A DNA stretch of 64,000 bases from Acidimicrobiales bacterium. Its GTDB lineage: Bacteria; Actinomycetota; Acidimicrobiia; Acidimicrobiales; VFJN01. The notes below the pieces were generated by a model. It had not been told where the DNA came from and did no database searches. It saw nothing but the letters and a program-made list of their open reading frames with translations. The DNA lies in the NCBI GenBank assembly GCA_035697145.1, contig DASSDL010000224.1, positions 4,484 through 68,483 on the forward strand, written 5' to 3'. Both the position numbers and the translations under genes were made by a program. Below, piece by piece: positions 27,480 through 36,380 of the stretch (position 1 is the first letter of the stretch; every line of letters starts with the position of its first letter).

Positions 27480-28874
27480 ATGCCGTTTCACCCGACGACG
27501 GAGGAGTGGGACGCCGACCTGACCGCCGGCGACCCCCTCGGCTTCCCCGGGTACGACGAGCAGCGGCGCGCCCTGGCCGCCTCCGGCGAGTCGATGCGGA
27601 CCGGGCGTACGGACCACTACGCCTTCGTCGAGGGTCGGTTCGAGGTGCTGGGCGGCACGATGGGGGCGGCGGCCGGCGAGAAGGTGGTACGGGCGTACGA
27701 CCGCGCCCGCGACCTGCGCCTACCGATGGTGGTGCTGACGCGAACCGGTGGCGCCCGCCTGCAGGAGGGCATGGTGGCACTGGTCCAATTGGCCCGGACC
27801 GCGGCGGCGGCCCGCCGGCATGGCCAGGCGGGGCTGCTGTCGCTGGCGGTGTACGGGTCGCCCACGACCGGGGGCGTGCTGGCCTCGTATGCGTCGCTGG
27901 TCGACCTTCGGGCCGTGGTCGAGGGCGCGGTGATCGGGTTCGCCGGCCCCCGGGTCGCCGAGGGCACGCTGGGCGTCCCGTTGCCGCCGGGGTCGCACAC
28001 GGCCGAGTCGGTCTACGAGCATGGCTTGGCGGATGCCCGTCTCGGCGCCGATGAGGTCGCCGCCTGGGTGGAGGCGGCGCTGGGGCTCACCGACCGCCCC
28101 CTGCCGATCCGGTCGCTCCCGGCCTGGGACGCTCCCGCCGTCCGGAGCGGCGCCACGACCGGCTCCGATGCCTGGATGGAGGTGCTGCGCTCCCGCGCCG
28201 TCGGCCGGCCGTCCGGCATCGACCGGGCAGCGCGGCTGTGCTCGTCGTGGGTCGAGCTGCGGGGCACCGATCCCACCGTGCGGGCCGGGCTGGCGCGGGT
28301 GGCCGGCCGCCGCTGTGTGGTGGTGGCGACCGACCGCTATTGCGCCGCCGGGCGGCCGACGCCGGCGGGGTTCCGCCTCGCCCAGCGGGCGGTGGGGTTG
28401 GCGGGACGCCTCGGGCTGCCGGTGGTGACGCTGGTCGACACCCCCGGCGCCGACCCCTCTCCGGCGGCCGAGGTCGACGGCGTGGCCTCCGAGATCGCCC
28501 AGACGCTGGCGGCGCTGGCATCGTGTCCGACCCCGACGGTGTCGGTCTGCGTGGGGGAAGGGGGAAGCGGCGGTGCGCTGGCCCTGAGCTACACGGACCG
28601 GCTGCTGATGTGCGAGCACGCCACCTTCTCGGTGATCGCTCCCGAGGGCGCGGCGGCGATCCTCGAGCGCGACGCGACAAAGGCGGCCGACGTCGCCGAG
28701 CGCCTACGGCTCACCTCGGGCGACATGCTCGAGCTCGGGGTGGTCGACGAGGTGATAGGCGAGGACCAGGACGCGGTCGACGAGGCCGTGGCCCGGGCGC
28801 TCGAGGGGGCCAAGCGGGGCGAGCGCAATCGGCGGTGGGACGCGGTGACCGCACGCTGGCTGCGCCACGCCTGA
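27480..28874 (+). CDS. acetyl-CoA carboxylase carboxyltransferase, fused beta (AccD-like) + alpha (AccA-like)
   Basis: ATG 27480 inside the ORF that opens at 27063. FEVLGGTMGAAAGEKV..LPMVVLTRTGGARLQEG (beta part) and LPVVTLVDTPGADP...CVGEGGSGGALAL...FSVIAPEGAAAIL (alpha part). Confidence 0.8.
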   Translation: MPFHPTTEEWDADLTAGDPLGFPGYDEQRRALAASGESMRTGRTDHYAFVEGRFEVLGGTMGAAAGEKVVRAYDRARDLRLPMVVLTRTGGARLQEGMVALVQLARTAAAARRHGQAGLLSLAVYGSPTTGGVLASYASLVDLRAVVEGAVIGFAGPRVAEGTLGVPLPPGSHTAESVYEHGLADARLGADEVAAWVEAALGLTDRPLPIRSLPAWDAPAVRSGATTGSDAWMEVLRSRAVGRPSGIDRAARLCSSWVELRGTDPTVRAGLARVAGRRCVVVATDRYCAAGRPTPAGFRLAQRAVGLAGRLGLPVVTLVDTPGADPSPAAEVDGVASEIAQTLAALASCPTPTVSVCVGEGGSGGALALSYTDRLLMCEHATFSVIAPEGAAAILERDATKAADVAERLRLTSGDMLELGVVDEVIGEDQDAVDEAVARALEGAKRGERNRRWDAVTARWLRHA

Positions 28875-29003
28875 CGACGCCGACCGCCCGCGTACGGGCG
28901 AGTACTTCGAGTCATTGCTGCGACACGGTGGGCATCGCCACCGGCTGCGGTTGCCGGACGACGGGGTACGCCTTCACCGACGAGAACCGCGGGCAGCGCA
29001 CCC

Positions 29004-29777
29004 TCAACCGACCGGGTCGGGCAGTACCAGCTCCTGGCCGGGCACCAGCAGGTCGGGATTGCCGGGGTCGAGCAGGCGGCTGCGGTTGGCTTCGACGAGG
29101 CGCCGCCAGTAGCCGGTCACGTGGCGATCGCTCGGCGCGTCCCCGGCTGGAGCCACAGTCTCGGCCGCAATCGACCAGAAGGAGTCACCGGCCCCGACCG
29201 TCCACGAGGTCAAAGGAGCGGGGGCGGGAGCGGGGGCCCGCCCGGGTGCCGGTCGGGCCGGTGGTGACTCCTCGGCGGGGAGGTGGGTCATGACGGCGGT
29301 GGGTGTGTCCTGGGCGCTGCGGGTCATGGTCGCCGTCGCCGGTCCGGGGCTCTGCACGTGCTCGACGGGCAAGGCGGCGGCGGGCGTCGGGGCCAGGGCG
29401 GAAGTCGCCACGGTGGCCGATGGGAGGGCGCCGAGTAGGGTCCCTGCCGCTAGGCCGAGGCTTCCACCGCCGCCGGCGATGCGGCGGACGACGGCCGGTG
29501 TCGCCCGGGCCGCGGCCGCCGCCACACGCGGGCGTCCGAACGGGCGGCTGAGTGCCAATGCGAGCGTGCAGGCGGCGAGGTACCAACCGGTGGCGAGCGC
29601 CGCCAGCCGCAGGAATGCAACCGCCATGACCTCGGGAGGCGTGCGGTCCAGCCAAACGGAGAGATCGTCGTCCGAGGTGAGCGGTACGCCGAGCGTTCCG
29701 GCGCCGACGGCGTGCAGTGCGCGGAGCCCGAGGGCGAGGGCTGCCACCCATGCGAGGAGACGCCAGCGCCCGGTCAC
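29004..29777 (-). CDS. membrane protein with C-terminal LysM peptidoglycan-binding domain
   Basis: GTG 29777 forms GTGA with the stop of the upstream pseudokinase. Two or three hydrophobic segments, a Pro/Ala linker, then WTVGAGDSFWSIAAE...LLVPGQELVLP (LysM). Confidence 0.7.
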   Translation of the reverse strand: MTGRWRLLAWVAALALGLRALHAVGAGTLGVPLTSDDDLSVWLDRTPPEVMAVAFLRLAALATGWYLAACTLALALSRPFGRPRVAAAAARATPAVVRRIAGGGGSLGLAAGTLLGALPSATVATSALAPTPAAALPVEHVQSPGPATATMTRSAQDTPTAVMTHLPAEESPPARPAPGRAPAPAPAPLTSWTVGAGDSFWSIAAETVAPAGDAPSDRHVTGYWRRLVEANRSRLLDPGNPDLLVPGQELVLPDPVG

Positions 29778-31123
29778 CGCCGAGCCTCGATTGTCGCGGA
29801 TGCGCCCGACCCGAGATCGATCACCAGGTCGTCGCAGCCGTCGTCGGCCGGCTTGCCCCGGATTCCCACTGCGCCAGGCACGCGGTCGCGCGCCGCGACC
29901 GTCACCGGCTCCGCCTCGGCGGCCCAGCCCGGGAACACGAACACGTCGCCGGTCGCCGGGCGCAGGAGCGCGGGCGCGCCCCGACCGTCGCAGTCCCAGT
30001 CGCCGACGGCGATCAGGTCGCCGGGCCGGCCCAGCGTCCAGCGGACGGGACCGGCAGAGATGGCGCCGCCCCCGATGACGAGCGCCTCGGGGCAGCCGTC
30101 GCCGTCGACATCGGCGGCCGGGGCGGCCACTGCCGGGCAGTCTGCATACCCGGCCGGCGTGGTCGCCTCGACGGCGTCGGGGCGAGCGGCCGACCCCCGT
30201 GAGCCCCACCCGCCGGCGTACATCACCCCGACGGCGATGGCGGCGACAGCCACTGCGCCGGAACCCGCTGCCATACGGGCATGGGAGCTGCGTTCGGCTC
30301 GCGCCGGGGCTGGCCCGGGGACGACGGCGTCGGCCGGCTCGGGCGGATCGTCGCCGAACGCCTGGGCCCAGCGCTCGTCGTCGGTCAGCTCGTGGGTGAA
30401 GACGAGGTCGAGCAGTTCCTCGTCGGGCGGCACATAGGCGAGCCCCGGGCTGGGCGATGGCCGGCCGCCCGACGGTAGCTCGGCGCCGGGGACGGCGGTG
30501 AGGATCGAGCTCGCCAGCAACCGGGCGTTCGGCCGGCGGCTCGGAACCGGATCGAGCGCCCGGGCTATCACCTGCTCGAGCGCGCGCCGATGGGCCGCGC
30601 TCGATCTCCTGAGCCAGGGCCTCGACCGCCGCCGCTCGGCGGTCGCCCGCTCGAGCACTTCACCCAGCACCCGGCCGAGCGCGGCGACGTCGTCGTGTGG
30701 TTCGGCCCCGCCGGGGTGCGAGAGCCCGCAGAGCCGGGGCCGGCCGTCGTCTCCGACGAGGATGTGCGTGGGGTCGAGGCGCCCATGCACCACACCGATG
30801 TCGTGGAGGTCGGCCAGCGTGGCGGCGACGGCCGCACCGAGGCCGGCGACGCTGGCGACCGCACCGGTCCAGTGCGAGACGGGGTCACCGGCGAACCGGG
30901 TGCGCAGCTCGACGTCGGCCTGGGTGTCGGACCGTGCCGCGTCGACGCTCTCTCCCGGAGCGCGCCCGACCACGAGGACGAGCCCGGGATGGGCAGCGCG
31001 CTCGAGCCGCTCGGCCTCGAGGCGGAGCCGGGCGATGTCGTCGGCGCCAGTTGCGGTCTTGACCGCGATGGGCCCCTCGGTGTCGAGCGCGACGGTCACC
31101 TGCATGCTCATGGGCTGAAGCAT
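29774..31123 (-). CDS. membrane-anchored pseudokinase (degenerate Ser/Thr kinase fold) with extracytoplasmic FG-GAP/VCBS-like repeats
   Basis: PIAVKTA, EAERLERAAHPGLV, then VHGRLDPTHILV in place of HRDxKPxNIL and RLCGLS in place of DFG. TM segment AVAVAAIAVGVMYAG. C-terminal DVDGDGCPEAL / GDWDCDGRGAPALL Ca-loop-like repeats. Confidence 0.65.
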   Translation of the reverse strand: MLQPMSMQVTVALDTEGPIAVKTATGADDIARLRLEAERLERAAHPGLVLVVGRAPGESVDAARSDTQADVELRTRFAGDPVSHWTGAVASVAGLGAAVAATLADLHDIGVVHGRLDPTHILVGDDGRPRLCGLSHPGGAEPHDDVAALGRVLGEVLERATAERRRSRPWLRRSSAAHRRALEQVIARALDPVPSRRPNARLLASSILTAVPGAELPSGGRPSPSPGLAYVPPDEELLDLVFTHELTDDERWAQAFGDDPPEPADAVVPGPAPARAERSSHARMAAGSGAVAVAAIAVGVMYAGGWGSRGSAARPDAVEATTPAGYADCPAVAAPAADVDGDGCPEALVIGGGAISAGPVRWTLGRPGDLIAVGDWDCDGRGAPALLRPATGDVFVFPGWAAEAEPVTVAARDRVPGAVGIRGKPADDGCDDLVIDLGSGASATIEARR

Positions 31124-31162
31124 GCTTAAAATTACTGAGAGTTGTCAAGAAGGCTCAGGGGC

Positions 31163-31585
31163 TCAGGGAGCGGACCGGGCCGTGGCGGTGGCGCTGGCGG
31201 TGACGACGGTGCCGTCGGGGGCACCGGGGACGACGTCGGCGAAGATGTAGTCGGCCTCCAAAGCCAGCTCCACGCGGACGCCGGCACCCGTGACGGTCAC
31301 AACCGGCGGACCCGCCAGTTGGGACGACAGCTCGCTCGCCGCCACGACGTCACCGACCACGGCGCGGGTCCTCGCGGGATCGAGGACGTAGGCATGCGTC
31401 GTTCGCAGCCGGCCCTGGTCGACACCCGCGGTGGCGGCGTCGTTGGCGGCGGCGGCCGCCAGCTCGAACGCCTGGCGCGTTCGCAGGTGGACCAGCGACA
31501 TGTCGACGGCTATCGATGCGAGCACGAGCACGATGAGTAGGCCCGCCGGCATCAGCATGAGGGCACTCCCGCGATCGCGCGCCAT
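31163..31585 (-). CDS. TadG/TadE-like pseudopilin (Flp pilus assembly)
   Basis: MARDRGSALMLMPAGLLIVLVLASIAVDMSLVHL: N-terminus typical of the Tad 'TadE/G-like' family. 140 aa. Confidence 0.6.
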   Translation of the reverse strand: MARDRGSALMLMPAGLLIVLVLASIAVDMSLVHLRTRQAFELAAAAANDAATAGVDQGRLRTTHAYVLDPARTRAVVGDVVAASELSSQLAGPPVVTVTGAGVRVELALEADYIFADVVPGAPDGTVVTASATATARSAP

Positions 31586-31596
31586 CGCCGCGGGTC

Positions 31597-32085
31597 TCAC
31601 GAACAGGCGTCGGCGCTGCCGGGCACGCCGTCGCGATAGGGGTCGATCAATTCGGAGTGGCGGCTGGTCACGTCCAGTCCGGAACCGAACCCGCCGATCC
31701 ACGGCAGGTTCAGCACGGGAACGTCGTAGCTGGCGGTGAACGTGGCCCGGGCGCACCTGGTGAAGCCCGCCTGGCCATCGGGGGACTCGAGGCCGGCCAG
31801 GTCCACGGTCGAACGCGCTTCCTCCCGTCCGTGGGCCGCCAGGGCCTCGTAGCCGGCCCGCCGCGCCTCGGCCTCGGCGTCGCCGAAGTCGCGGGCGCCC
31901 GGCACGTCCGCCTCGACGAAGTGGCGGGCGGCCTGGCGGGCGGCGGCGTCGACGGCCAGCTTGGCGTCGACGACGGCCCAGGCATTGGCGACGAGGAGCG
32001 TTCCGACCACGAACACGAGCAGCCCGAACGGCAGGACCTCGACGCCGCCAACCTGCCCGCGGTCGTCGCCGCGGTGGCTGGTCAC
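31597..32085 (-). CDS. TadE-like pseudopilin
   Basis: GTG 32085 forms GTGA with the corC-like stop. DDRGQVGGVEVLPFGLLVFVVGTLLVANAWAVVD (TadE N-terminal motif). 162 aa, high GC3. Confidence 0.6.
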   Translation of the reverse strand: MTSHRGDDRGQVGGVEVLPFGLLVFVVGTLLVANAWAVVDAKLAVDAAARQAARHFVEADVPGARDFGDAEAEARRAGYEALAAHGREEARSTVDLAGLESPDGQAGFTRCARATFTASYDVPVLNLPWIGGFGSGLDVTSRHSELIDPYRDGVPGSADACS

Positions 32086-33470
32086 CCGGCCGGGGCCGGT
32101 CGCTCGCCCACGGCGGTGGCATCCGGGGGCGTGTCCCGGGGGGACGGCGGGCGAGGTGCTCTGCGAGTGGTCACGGTACCTTCCATACCATTCTGGCGGG
32201 TGATGCGCACCCGGCCGATCCGCCGGCCCTGGATCCGCTGGGCCGTGAGCTGCCAGCCGTCGACGACGACCGACTCGCCTTCGACGGGCACGTGCCCGAG
32301 TTGGTGGTAGAGCAGACCGCCGATGGTGTCCCAGTCGCCTTCGGGCAGCTCGGCGTCGAGCAGCTCGTTGACCTCGTCGAGGGCGGTGCGGGCATCGACG
32401 CGCACGCCGCCGCCGGCCAAGGGCTCGACCAGCGGATCCTCCACGTCGAACTCGTCGACGATCTCGCCCACCAGCTCCTCGATGATGTCCTCGAGCGTGA
32501 CCAGCCCCGCGGTGCCCCCGTACTCGTCCACCACGATCGCCATGTGGAACTTGTCCCGCTGCATCTCCCGCAGCATCTCGGGAACCCGCTTGGTCTCGGG
32601 CACGTAGCGGGCCGCCCGCACCAGCTGAGCGACGGGCAGGTCCTCCTCGCCGTCGCGCTCGGCCCGCATCAGATCCTTGGCGTAGGTGATGCCCACGACG
32701 TCGTCGATGCTGTCACCCACCACCGGCAGCCGGCTGTAGCCGTTGAGCAGGACGACCTCCATCACGTCGGCGACCCGGAAGTCCTGGCCCACGGTCACCA
32801 TGTCGGGACGGGGCACCATGACCTCCCGCACGACCGTGTCTCCGAACTCGATGATCGACTCGATCAGGGCGCGCTCGTGCTCCTCGATCACGCCCTCCTC
32901 GACGCCCAGCTCGGCCACCGCCAGCAGCTCTTCCTCCGACACATAGGGGCCCTGTTTCAGGCCCTTGCCCGGGAGCAGCACGTTGGTCAGTCCGATCAGC
33001 GCGCGGGTGGTGAGGCGGAGCAGCGGGAACCGTGTCAGTGCGCCCACGGGCCGGGCCGCCAACAGTGCGGCGCGGTCGGGGTTGAGGACCGCCCAGGTGC
33101 GGGCCGATGCGGTCACGACGAACACGACGACGATGTCGAGCGCCATGGCGATCGCCACGCCGGCGAGCCCCCACAGGCGCTCGGCGACGATGCCCACCAG
33201 GGTTGCCTGAGCCAGCTGGCAGATGAGCAGGGCGAACAGCAGTGGGTTCACGAACTGGTCTGGCCGGCTGACCAGCTCGAGCAGCCTGCGGGCTCCCCGC
33301 CGGCCCTCGGCGTCCAGGGTCTGGGCCCGCGACTTGGGCATGCGGGAGAGGCCCGTCTCGGCGCCGGCCAGCAGCATGGTCACGACCAGGAGCGCGGCGA
33401 TGGCGACAAGCATCCATCGGTCGCCCACGGAGAGGTTCGCAGCGAGGATCGAGCTCGGCAGTTCCCTCAC
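32082..33470 (-). CDS. hemolysin-family / CNNM (DUF21)-CBS-CorC_HlyC transporter-associated protein
   Basis: GTG 33470 forms GTGA with the ybeY stop. TM DUF21 region (LLAGAETGLSRMP), CBS pair (VREVMVPRPDMV...), CorC_HlyC tail. Confidence 0.9.
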   Translation of the reverse strand: MRELPSSILAANLSVGDRWMLVAIAALLVVTMLLAGAETGLSRMPKSRAQTLDAEGRRGARRLLELVSRPDQFVNPLLFALLICQLAQATLVGIVAERLWGLAGVAIAMALDIVVVFVVTASARTWAVLNPDRAALLAARPVGALTRFPLLRLTTRALIGLTNVLLPGKGLKQGPYVSEEELLAVAELGVEEGVIEEHERALIESIIEFGDTVVREVMVPRPDMVTVGQDFRVADVMEVVLLNGYSRLPVVGDSIDDVVGITYAKDLMRAERDGEEDLPVAQLVRAARYVPETKRVPEMLREMQRDKFHMAIVVDEYGGTAGLVTLEDIIEELVGEIVDEFDVEDPLVEPLAGGGVRVDARTALDEVNELLDAELPEGDWDTIGGLLYHQLGHVPVEGESVVVDGWQLTAQRIQGRRIGRVRITRQNGMEGTVTTRRAPRPPSPRDTPPDATAVGERPAPAG

Positions 33471-33970
33471 CTCCGCTCGTGGAAGCGCTGCAGCAGTTCT
33501 CGTTCGCGGGCCCGCATCAGTGCCGTCTCGCCGACGTCGGCGTGGTCGTGGCCCAACACGTGCAGGACGCCGTGCACGATGAGCAACGCCAGCTCGTCGT
33601 CGTAGGTGGTGGCGTGCTCCGGTGCCTGGCGCTCGGCGACCGCCGGGCACACGACCACGTCGCCCAACAGCAACGGCCCCGGTCCCGGTGTGCTCGTGTC
33701 GGCGTCCGTGGCAGCAGCCTCGACCGGATCGTCGATGGGAAACGCCAGCACGTCCGTCGGCCCGTCGGCGTCCATGAAGCGTCGGTTGAGCCCGCTGATC
33801 GTGTCCTCGTCGACGAACAACAGTGACAGTTCGACGTCGCCGCTGACCCCCTCGGCCAACAGTACGTTCCGTGCGAGATCGACCCAACGCCGGACGTCGA
33901 CAGGCGCCGCCTGCTGCTCGTCGGCGCCGAACACCTTCACCTCGCCCACCTCGCCGTCGGGCGGGGCCAT
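33467..33970 (-). CDS. ybeY: rRNA maturation endoribonuclease YbeY
   Basis: TDVLAFPID... and HGVLHVLGHDH zinc motif. The start ATG shares one nt with the phoH stop. Confidence 0.9.
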   Translation of the reverse strand: MAPPDGEVGEVKVFGADEQQAAPVDVRRWVDLARNVLLAEGVSGDVELSLLFVDEDTISGLNRRFMDADGPTDVLAFPIDDPVEAAATDADTSTPGPGPLLLGDVVVCPAVAERQAPEHATTYDDELALLIVHGVLHVLGHDHADVGETALMRARERELLQRFHERR

Positions 33971-34986
33971 CAGGTGCCGGGCGATGTGCGCCCGTCGGGT
34001 GGTCGAGTCGGCTGGGGTTCGGCGCTGCGATCGATGCCGACAAGGGTGTCGGTTCGTTCGTAGGCGTCGACGATGTCCTGCACGATCCGGTGGCGGACGA
34101 CGTCGTGCGAGGTCAGGTGCACGAACTCGAGCCCGTCGATGCCCTGGAGGGTCTGGGCCAGGTTGGTCATGCCGCTGCGGCCGGTGGGGACGTCGACCTG
34201 GGTCATGTCGGCGGTGACCACGACCCTGGAGCCGAACCCGATGCGGGTCAGGAACATCTTCATCTGTTCGGGCGTGGTGTTCTGGGCTTCGTCGAGGATG
34301 ATGAAGCTGGCGTTGAGCGTCCGGCCCCGCATGAAAGCCAGCGGTGCCACCTCGACCGTGCCCCGGTCGATGAGACGCTGCGCGCCCTCTGGCTCGACCA
34401 TGTCGAAAAGCGCGTCGTACAGCGGTCGCAGGTAGGGATCGATCTTGGCGGCGAGGTCGCCGGGCAGGAAGCCCAGCCGCTCGCCGGCTTCGACCGCCGG
34501 CCGGGTGAGGATGATGCGGTCGACCTCCTTGGCCTGCAGCGCCTGCACCGCCATCGCCACGGCCAGCCACGACTTACCCGTGCCCGCCGGCCCGATGCCG
34601 AACGTGATGACGTTGTCGCGGATGGCGTCGACATAGCGCTTCTGGCCCGCCGACTTGGGGCGCACCGTGCGGCCGCGCGAGGAGCGCAGCACCTCGGCGG
34701 TGAGCACCTCGGACGGCCGCTGGTCGGCGCGCACCATGTCGATGGTGCGCACGACGCTCGCCGGCTCGAGCCGCTGCCCTCGCTCGAGCAGCAGGACGAG
34801 CTCCTCGAACAGGTGACCCACGCGGTCGGCCTCGTCGCCCTCGATGGCGATCTCGTTGCCCCGCACGTGGATCTCGACACCCTCGAAGGCGGACTCGACG
34901 ACGCGCAGCAGCTCGTCGCGCTGGCCGAGGAGGTCGACCATGAGATGGTTGCCGGGAACGGAGATCTTGACCTGCGTGGTCGCCAC
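33970..34986 (-). CDS. phoH: PhoH-family ATPase
   Basis: 338 aa. ITFGIGPAGTGKSWLAVAMAV (Walker A), FIILDEAQNTT. Confidence 0.95.
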   Translation of the reverse strand: MATTQVKISVPGNHLMVDLLGQRDELLRVVESAFEGVEIHVRGNEIAIEGDEADRVGHLFEELVLLLERGQRLEPASVVRTIDMVRADQRPSEVLTAEVLRSSRGRTVRPKSAGQKRYVDAIRDNVITFGIGPAGTGKSWLAVAMAVQALQAKEVDRIILTRPAVEAGERLGFLPGDLAAKIDPYLRPLYDALFDMVEPEGAQRLIDRGTVEVAPLAFMRGRTLNASFIILDEAQNTTPEQMKMFLTRIGFGSRVVVTADMTQVDVPTGRSGMTNLAQTLQGIDGLEFVHLTSHDVVRHRIVQDIVDAYERTDTLVGIDRSAEPQPTRPPDGRTSPGT

Positions 34987-35200
34987 GAGGGGCCCAGCCT
35001 AGTGCCGTGACCACGGACGTTTTCGCCCCGCCACACCGGCCCCGGCTCCGACAAAGACGAGGACCGCCAGGATTCTTGCGGGGTGCTGTCGTGTCATGCA
35101 CTCATCGTTCCCCGGCGAACCTTGCGCGGTAAACGCCTTTGCCGGGGAGGCTCCGCCCGGCCCACTGGTGGGCGCGAGGGTCCACTAGCGTCCCGAGCCC

Positions 35201-35797
35201 GTGGACCGTCCTACGGCTGACGACGCAGGCGGGCCGGCGATCGTCGGCCGCTTGTTCGGCGAGGGTTTGGCCGCTCGGATCGACCGGTGGGCCGCCGACG
35301 CTCGCGTCGACGAGGCGGCCCGGCGTCGCGTCCGCGAGCGCTGGCTGCGGCACCAGGCCGAGGAAGAGGGAAGCCTGGCGGGGGTGCTGGCGGACGTCGC
35401 CGAGCGTGGCGTGCCGGTGGCGGTGCACGTTCGGGGCGGGCGCCGGCACCGGGGCGAGGTCCGGGCGCTGGGCTCCGACTTCGTGGCCCTCCGATCGGCC
35501 GACGCCGACGTGATCGTCGCCCTGGCCGCGGTGACGTCGGTGCGCACGCGTCCCGGCGAGGCATCGACGATCGGCGACCGGTCGATCGCTACCTCGCTCC
35601 GGCTGGTTGACGTGTTGGCCGGCCTGGCGGCCGAAAGGGCGGCGGTGTTGCTCGTGATGGCGGGAGGGGACGACGTCGTCGCCGGCGCGCTCCGGTCGGT
35701 GGGTCAGGACGTCGCGCAGGTGCGACTGGCCGGCGCCCCTGCCGCCACGGCCTATGTCCCGGTGGGCGCCATCGTCGAGGTGCTGCTCGACACGTAG
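35201..35797 (+). CDS. hypothetical protein with internal duplication (two similar ~55-aa beta-rich modules)
   Basis: 198 aa, GTG start. The modules LAGVLADVAERGVPVAVHVRGGRRHRGEVRALGSDFVALR... and LVDVLAGLAAERAAVLLVMAGGDDVVAGALRSVGQDVAQVR... align to each other. No family recognised. Confidence 0.5.
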   Translation: MDRPTADDAGGPAIVGRLFGEGLAARIDRWAADARVDEAARRRVRERWLRHQAEEEGSLAGVLADVAERGVPVAVHVRGGRRHRGEVRALGSDFVALRSADADVIVALAAVTSVRTRPGEASTIGDRSIATSLRLVDVLAGLAAERAAVLLVMAGGDDVVAGALRSVGQDVAQVRLAGAPAATAYVPVGAIVEVLLDT

Positions 35798-35813
35798 CTC
35801 GCGCCGGCGTCGA

Positions 35814-36035
35814 TCAGCTAGCAGCCAGGAGCTGATCGATGACCGCCTCGCAGCGCCGCACCGCGAGAAGGTCGACGGTCCGGAAGCTGGCGATCCGAGT
35901 GCTCCAGGAGTCGATGACCTCGCGGCCGTTGCCGCGGCGGAAGAAGGTGGTCATCGGGCCTTCTTGCTGGTATGCGTCCGCGCCGGCGACGGTCTCGACG
36001 CTCCGGTCTCGCAGCATCACCTCGAACGTCGGCAT
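35814..36035 (-). CDS. small hypothetical protein (73 aa)
   Basis: MPTFEVMLRDRSVETVAGADAYQQEGPMTTFF... High third-position GC in this frame. Start taken at the second ATG of the 96-aa ORF. Confidence 0.4.
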   Translation of the reverse strand: MPTFEVMLRDRSVETVAGADAYQQEGPMTTFFRRGNGREVIDSWSTRIASFRTVDLLAVRRCEAVIDQLLAAS

Positions 36036-36128
36036 GCCGCGAACGGTACGGCGGATGGGCTGTGAGCTTCGAGAGGGACAACCCTGTGAATTCAGACCAG
36101 CCATCTGTGTGCAGTTGTGGATAACCGC

Positions 36129-36380
36129 TCACCGATCTTCCCCGGCTTCGTTGTCGACGGGGATCGAGGCCGTGAAGAGCGCTGTGCGTCGCGACGAGGT
36201 CCCCGAGAGCATGTCGTTGAGCTGGTGTCGCGCGAAGGTCTCGTCGATGTCTGCGAGACGCTCGTGGATCAGCCAGGTCGTGCTGAGGCCAGGCGCACGC
36301 GTCCACTCCCCTCCGAACGGCTCCGCGTCCACCGCGGCACCGGGCCGCAGAAATGACACCACCCGATCCCCCCAAGACAT
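36129..36380 (-). CDS. small hypothetical protein (83 aa)
   Basis: High GC3 in this frame. No Shine-Dalgarno sequence before ATG 36380; an internal GTG-GTG after GGGGGGA could be the real start. No family recognised. Confidence 0.4.
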   Translation of the reverse strand: MSWGDRVVSFLRPGAAVDAEPFGGEWTRAPGLSTTWLIHERLADIDETFARHQLNDMLSGTSSRRTALFTASIPVDNEAGEDR

